The position numbers and the translations under genes are program-made. A DNA stretch of 63,823 nucleotides, filler included, from Nitrospinota bacterium (GTDB lineage: Bacteria > JAUXIQ01): the NCBI GenBank assembly GCA_030620925.1. It is 13 parts of 13 records of this genome, joined end to end, with 100 filler letters (N's around TTAATTAATTAA, not from the genome) between each part and the next. Parts side by side here need not be neighbours in the genome. Positions count along the whole stretch, not along the records: positions 56,471 to 60,084 come from JAUXIQ010000299.1; positions 60,185 to 63,823 come from JAUXIQ010000297.1; 11 more parts are not named here. The stretch is one strand, 5' to 3'. Below, piece by piece: positions 59,509-63,823 of this stretch (its first letter is position 1; each line of letters opens with the position of its first letter). The notes beneath the pieces were generated by a model, which saw nothing but the letters and a program-made list of their open reading frames with translations, had not been told where the DNA came from and ran no database searches.

Positions 59509-60084
59509 TTATTCCTCATAGAGCCCGAGGTTTCTGGGCTTCACACTTGCATTAAAGGACATAGCAGTGGTCATTCCCGCGCTTGACGTGGCGGAAGACA
59601 GAGGTTTTACCTGCATATATATATCTACCCGCCTTATACTCCTGAGATCAAGGGTCGTGCCGACAGGGGTGCTTAGAGTCGTGCTATCGGCGTTATAGTA
59701 CCTGAAGGAAAGCGTGGTAATGTTCAGTTCGTCGAAGATAACCCTCCCCCCAGGGAAAGTGTCATTGTATTGATACATTTTCTCAGTACCGGCGTCGTAT
59801 TCATACTGCACGCTGGAGCTGGTATCAACGTAGAATTTTATCTTTCTGCTCTCGGCTATCTTGACGTCCTGGTCGGCGCCGCTGCCTTCTCCCTTGTGAA
59901 AGTAGCCGGCACGCCTGATGTCTTTCACAAGCGTATCGAGAAGGAACACGGCCTGCTGCTGTTGCGTGAAATTACGCTGATTAGTGGCTACTACTTTGTG
60001 CTGCGATATAAAAAAGGTGAACATCGTGAAGAAGGCTATCCCCAGCACAGCCACACTTATCATCAACTCTACGAGGGAAAATCC
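59509..60084 (-). CDS. Type IV minor pilin / pseudopilin (PilW-like), 5' truncated
   Basis: Extending upstream gives G|FSLVELMISVAVLGI prepilin motif; DIRRAGY; C-terminal VKPRNLG. Confidence 0.85.
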   Translation of the reverse strand, partial: GFSLVELMISVAVLGIAFFTMFTFFISQHKVVATNQRNFTQQQQAVFLLDTLVKDIRRAGYFHKGEGSGADQDVKIAESRKIKFYVDTSSSVQYEYDAGTEKMYQYNDTFPGGRVIFDELNITTLSFRYYNADSTTLSTPVGTTLDLRSIRRVDIYMQVKPLSSATSSAGMTTAMSFNASVKPRNLGLYEE

Positions 60085-60184
60085 NNNNNNNNNNNNNNNN
60101 NNNNNNNNNNNNNNNNNNNNNNNNNNNNTTAATTAATTAANNNNNNNNNNNNNNNNNNNNNNNNNNNNNNNNNNNNNNNNNNNN

Positions 60185-60319
60185 ACCGAGGGGGTGGCTC
60201 AAAGAGGAGAAGAGACCGCCTTCATCAGTCCCATGTCCCAGGGAATCAAGCAGCTGCTCCTCACAATCCTTGCCCTTGCCGCCAGGTGGGATGAATTCAT
60301 TACACTCCCCGTTTGGTAA
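60185..60319 (+). CDS. C-terminal fragment of an unknown protein upstream of gpgS
   Basis: Open frame from the contig start, TEGVAQRGEETAF...ARWDEFITLPVW*, ending 14 bp before gpgS. Confidence 0.4.
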   Translation, partial: TEGVAQRGEETAFISPMSQGIKQLLLTILALAARWDEFITLPVW

Positions 60320-60333
60320 GAGGTTAATGGTAG

Positions 60334-61326
60334 ATGGATTTAAATCGCTGGCTTAAAGAGAACACGTTTCATCATTCCCGGTTCAGTGGTATAGAGAAGC
60401 TGGTCAGGCTTAAAGAGGAAAAAAATTTAACCATAAGCGCCGCCCTTCCGACGCTTAATGAAGAAAAAACCATCGGCAAAGAGGTGGTGGTAATAAAGTC
60501 GGAGTTGATGGAGCGATATCCTCTGATAGATGAGCTGGTGGTCATCGACAGCGGTTCCACAGATAAGACCAGGGAGATAGCCGCCCAGTACGGTGCGGAT
60601 GTGTATCTGGCCAGCGATTGCATTCCTGAAGAGGAGGTTTACTACGGGAAGGGAGAAAACTTATGGAAAAGCCTTTATATTCTTAAAGGGGATATAATCG
60701 TCTGGATAGACGCCGACATCAAGAACATTCACCCCAAGTTTATTTACGCGCTGGTGGGGCCTCTCCTGGAATATCCCAGGATAGGTTATGTTAAGGGTTT
60801 TTATGAGCGACCCATTGAGCTTGGGAAAGAGCTCAGGCCGAGCGGCGGGGGGAGAGTCACACAGCTTCTGGTGCGCCCCCTCTTCTGTCATTTTTTCCCG
60901 GAATTGGCGGGGATTATCCAGCCCCTATCGGGCGAATACGCAGGGAGACGCGAAATACTGGAGAGAGTCCCCTTTTTCATAGGCTATGGAGTCGAAACGG
61001 GCCTGCTCATAGATATTTGCAACCAGTATGGAATGGAACATATCGCCCAGGTGGACATGGATAAACGAGTGCACAGAAATCAATCCCTGGATAAGCTCAG
61101 CGAGATGTCGTTTCAGATATTGCAGACTTTTTTTCATCGCGCCAAGGATCTGGGAAGGGTTTTGCTCAATACCGAGCTCAAGACAGAGATGGCCCTCATT
61201 AAGGTGCTGGAAAACCAGCATATCCTCATTCACAAAGAAATAAAGGAAATCGAGAGGCCGCCGATGATAACTATAGAGGCGTATAAGAAGCGGCGCCGGT
61301 CGTTGAAAGAGGCGGAGAAAAGCTAG
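60334..61326 (+). CDS. gpgS: Glucosyl-3-phosphoglycerate synthase
   Basis: LPTLNEE, IDSGSTD, GKGENLWKSL, DAD, GGRVT, QPLSGEYA, GYGVE, HRNQ. Confidence 0.88.
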   Translation: MDLNRWLKENTFHHSRFSGIEKLVRLKEEKNLTISAALPTLNEEKTIGKEVVVIKSELMERYPLIDELVVIDSGSTDKTREIAAQYGADVYLASDCIPEEEVYYGKGENLWKSLYILKGDIIVWIDADIKNIHPKFIYALVGPLLEYPRIGYVKGFYERPIELGKELRPSGGGRVTQLLVRPLFCHFFPELAGIIQPLSGEYAGRREILERVPFFIGYGVETGLLIDICNQYGMEHIAQVDMDKRVHRNQSLDKLSEMSFQILQTFFHRAKDLGRVLLNTELKTEMALIKVLENQHILIHKEIKEIERPPMITIEAYKKRRRSLKEAEKS

Positions 61327-61331
61327 CCTGA

Positions 61332-62873
61332 ATGGCGAGAGGGAAAAGAGGGCTCATCAATTTGAAGAGGAATTTACATTTAGGAATCGGTCATTTCCGG
61401 ATAGGCTACATGGACGGAGTCAACATGGTGCTCCTCAGAAACGTCCGGGGCCTTCTGGATCTGGTTCCAGATATAAAGATAACTCTTTTCGGCAAGCTTA
61501 ATAAGGACATCCAGAACTTTCTGGAACCGATACCCGGGAGATTGGAGTATGTCAATATCGAGGAGTTCGATCCCGATCATAAGGTGCCGGGGTTCAAAGG
61601 CAGGGGGATAGAAGAGCAGCAAGTTCAGGATTACATCTGGCACGGCTCCAACATTGCGGACTCGCTCATGGATAAACTGGGGGACCTCGATGTAGTAATC
61701 ATGGAGAACCTGGGCATCGGAATACATCCACCCCTGATATTCGCCTTTTATCAGATGATAAGAGATTGTAACTTCCTCTCCAGGAAGAGGCGGTTCTACT
61801 ACCGCACACACGATTTCGTCAAAGAGCGCGAACGCTATTTCGCCAACCTGAAAAAGTTTCACGACAGCCCCACCCGAAACGTTCCGGACTGGCACGAGAT
61901 GGTCTTCCCCGACTTTGATAACCTCCACTATATAACCATCAATACTTCAGATATAGACCGCCTCATGGAGCACGGTATTAGCCGGGAGCGAATCGTGTAT
62001 CTGCCCAACAGCCTGGGCAGTAACATGTGGCATGATGACAATGCGCATCTGGACCTGCGTAAGCGCCTCGTTGAGGATAAAGGCCTGGACCCCGAAGTGA
62101 GGTTTCTGTTTTACCCCGTTCGTTGTATAAGGAGGAAAAACGTTGAAGAAGCCATTTTCCTCACCAGTTTCTATAATTTCATGAGCGAGCGGGTTTATGA
62201 AAGGCGCAGAGAGCTGCGCATCGAAGGAAAATACCATCTCCTGGTGGGGTTAAAGCCTTCTTCGAATGACGACAAACTCTATGCGGATACACTGGCCAAG
62301 TTTTGCGAGGATAATGATCTTCCGGTGACCATAGGAATAGAAGATTACGTCGGTTCCGAGCGCGAATTCGAGGACCCCCACGACCTCGAAAAGATAACCA
62401 AATTCAACGTGGGGGATGCCTACCGCATGTCATATATGGTCATCACCACCAGCATCCTGGAAGGCTTCGGCTTCGTATACATAGAGCCCTGGTGCGTGGG
62501 CACGGCGGTGCTGGGAAGGGATTTGCCGCTGGTTACCGAGGACTTCAACAGGGCCGGTATGGACCTGGCGCACCTCTACCGCGTGCTCATCGTTGAGGGG
62601 ATGGATTACAAGGATTTGGGCCAGGAGCTGGGCCCCCAAAAGGGATTGATGAAGCGGCTGGAGATGATTCTCAGGCTCTCCGACCTCAAGTATATGCGTA
62701 AAGTCCAGAACAGAAACAGCGCGATATTTTCCAACACCCTCAAATTATTCAATCCCGAATTCAGGGAGAAGATCGTCGACCGCAACCAGAAAGTGGTGCT
62801 GGATACCTACTCCCAGGATTTGGTGGCCGAAAGGCTCTATGAAATTATCAGCTCCAACTCCTCAGGCGTGTAG
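61332..62873 (+). CDS. GT-B (GT4-like) glycosyltransferase
   Basis: IGYMDGVN, RTHDF, YPVRCIRRKNVEEA, TTSILEGFGFVYIE (Ex7E). Confidence 0.82.
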   Translation: MARGKRGLINLKRNLHLGIGHFRIGYMDGVNMVLLRNVRGLLDLVPDIKITLFGKLNKDIQNFLEPIPGRLEYVNIEEFDPDHKVPGFKGRGIEEQQVQDYIWHGSNIADSLMDKLGDLDVVIMENLGIGIHPPLIFAFYQMIRDCNFLSRKRRFYYRTHDFVKERERYFANLKKFHDSPTRNVPDWHEMVFPDFDNLHYITINTSDIDRLMEHGISRERIVYLPNSLGSNMWHDDNAHLDLRKRLVEDKGLDPEVRFLFYPVRCIRRKNVEEAIFLTSFYNFMSERVYERRRELRIEGKYHLLVGLKPSSNDDKLYADTLAKFCEDNDLPVTIGIEDYVGSEREFEDPHDLEKITKFNVGDAYRMSYMVITTSILEGFGFVYIEPWCVGTAVLGRDLPLVTEDFNRAGMDLAHLYRVLIVEGMDYKDLGQELGPQKGLMKRLEMILRLSDLKYMRKVQNRNSAIFSNTLKLFNPEFREKIVDRNQKVVLDTYSQDLVAERLYEIISSNSSGV

Positions 62874-62987
62874 GGCTGAGTCCCTTTTTTCCAGTGATGG
62901 CCCGTCCGGAGTTGCCTCCTTAAACGAAATGGTAAAATGATCTTGATATTATACTTCTCAGCTTCTAAATTTTATGGGTAAACGGCC

Positions 62988-63218
62988 ATGGAAGAAGACT
63001 ACAAATTTCGCTATCGTCTTGAGCCGGAAAAGGCCGAAAAGAAAAAAGTCTATTCTGACCCGCTGGTAGAGCTTATCCGCTCCCAACTGGAACAGCTCCT
63101 TGACCTGGTGGTGCTGACCCATAAGGGCGAGGACGTTAAAGTGGACGGCTTCAAACCCTTGAATACACCGGAGCGGGTCTACGAAATTTTTCCACCCGAC
63201 CAGGATGTCTCCGACTGA
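62988..63218 (+). CDS. Small hypothetical protein
   Basis: 76 aa with protein-like composition, filling an intergenic gap. Confidence 0.55.
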   Translation: MEEDYKFRYRLEPEKAEKKKVYSDPLVELIRSQLEQLLDLVVLTHKGEDVKVDGFKPLNTPERVYEIFPPDQDVSD

Positions 63219-63369
63219 CATCCGGACAAATTAGTTTTTCCCCTTTTTGCCAGACACCCGCGGATGGGACATTGTCTTGAAACACGACGCTTGATGAGCT
63301 ATCATAAACCCCCGGTAAGGCAGACCCGGAGAAGATGATTCTCCTTTATTGTGAAAAGGAGGTGAGGTT

Positions 63370-63823
63370 TTGGAAACCATAGGTTTCATAGGATTGGGGT
63401 TGATGGGAAAGCCCATGTCGAAAAATCTGATAGAAGCGGGCTATCCCGTTATAGTGCACAGCCGCGGCAAGGGCCCGGTCAAGGAGCTGGAAGAATTCGG
63501 CGCACAGGCCGCCAAGAGCTCCGCAGAGGTGGCCGAGCGTTCCGACAAGATTATAACCATGCTTCCCGATTCGCCTGATGTCCAGCAGGTGGTGGCCGGC
63601 CCTGGGGGAGTGCTGGAGGGCGCGAAAAAGGGCTTGATCATCGTTGACATGAGCACCATCTCCCCGCAGGTGTCCATGAACCTGGCCCAGGAGGCCGCCA
63701 AAAAGGGCGTGGAGATGCTGGACGCCCCGGTGAGCGGCGGAGACATAGGCGCCAAAGAGGGCACCCTGGCCATCATGGTGGGCGGAAAAGAGAAGGTTTT
63801 CGAGCGGTGCCTCCCCATATTCG
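63370..63823 (+). CDS. Beta-hydroxyacid dehydrogenase (2-hydroxy-3-oxopropionate reductase-like), runs off window
   Basis: Not in the ORF track. My translation from TTG after AGGAGGTG: METIGFIGLGLMGKPMSKNL...ITMLPDSPDV...VDMSTISP...LDAPVSGG..GA..GTLAIMVGG. Confidence 0.92.
   Translation, partial: METIGFIGLGLMGKPMSKNLIEAGYPVIVHSRGKGPVKELEEFGAQAAKSSAEVAERSDKIITMLPDSPDVQQVVAGPGGVLEGAKKGLIIVDMSTISPQVSMNLAQEAAKKGVEMLDAPVSGGDIGAKEGTLAIMVGGKEKVFERCLPIF

Noticed and set aside
1-63823. rRNA, tRNA, transposase, integrase, reverse transcriptase or defence-system genes
   Set aside because: None recognisable by eye; tRNAscan-SE, cmscan and HMM searches would be needed to exclude divergent ones.

Overview
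The window is not one locus. It is 13 short bacterial contigs joined by 12 artificial 100-bp linkers (44 N + TTAATTAATTAA + 44 N), typical of a concatenated draft genome or MAG, so gene neighbourhoods hold only within a contig. The host looks like a moderately GC-rich diderm (KdsD, TolC, an outer-membrane barrel, a type IV minor pilin) with many CoA-dependent catabolic enzymes. The largest block is an 11-gene complex I-like operon (nuoABCDHIJKLMN) with no nuoEFG. The most notable observations are: (1) a cysteinyl-tRNA synthetase fused in frame to a C-terminal GT2 glycosyltransferase domain; (2) a B12 acyl-CoA mutase large subunit whose specificity residues match none of the characterised classes I know; (3) a secreted peroxiredoxin-like selenoprotein split by an in-frame UGA, with other selenium-linked genes elsewhere; (4) a phage/ICE-like divergent promoter pair with four ATAAC-N4-GTTAT-type operators in front of an XRE HTH gene; (5) a hairpin-dense ~280-nt non-coding leader upstream of an acyl-CoA ligase; (6) several families of small palindromic repeats. 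I found no rRNA, tRNA, CRISPR array, transposase or integrase. All calls come from motif reading by eye; no database searches were run.
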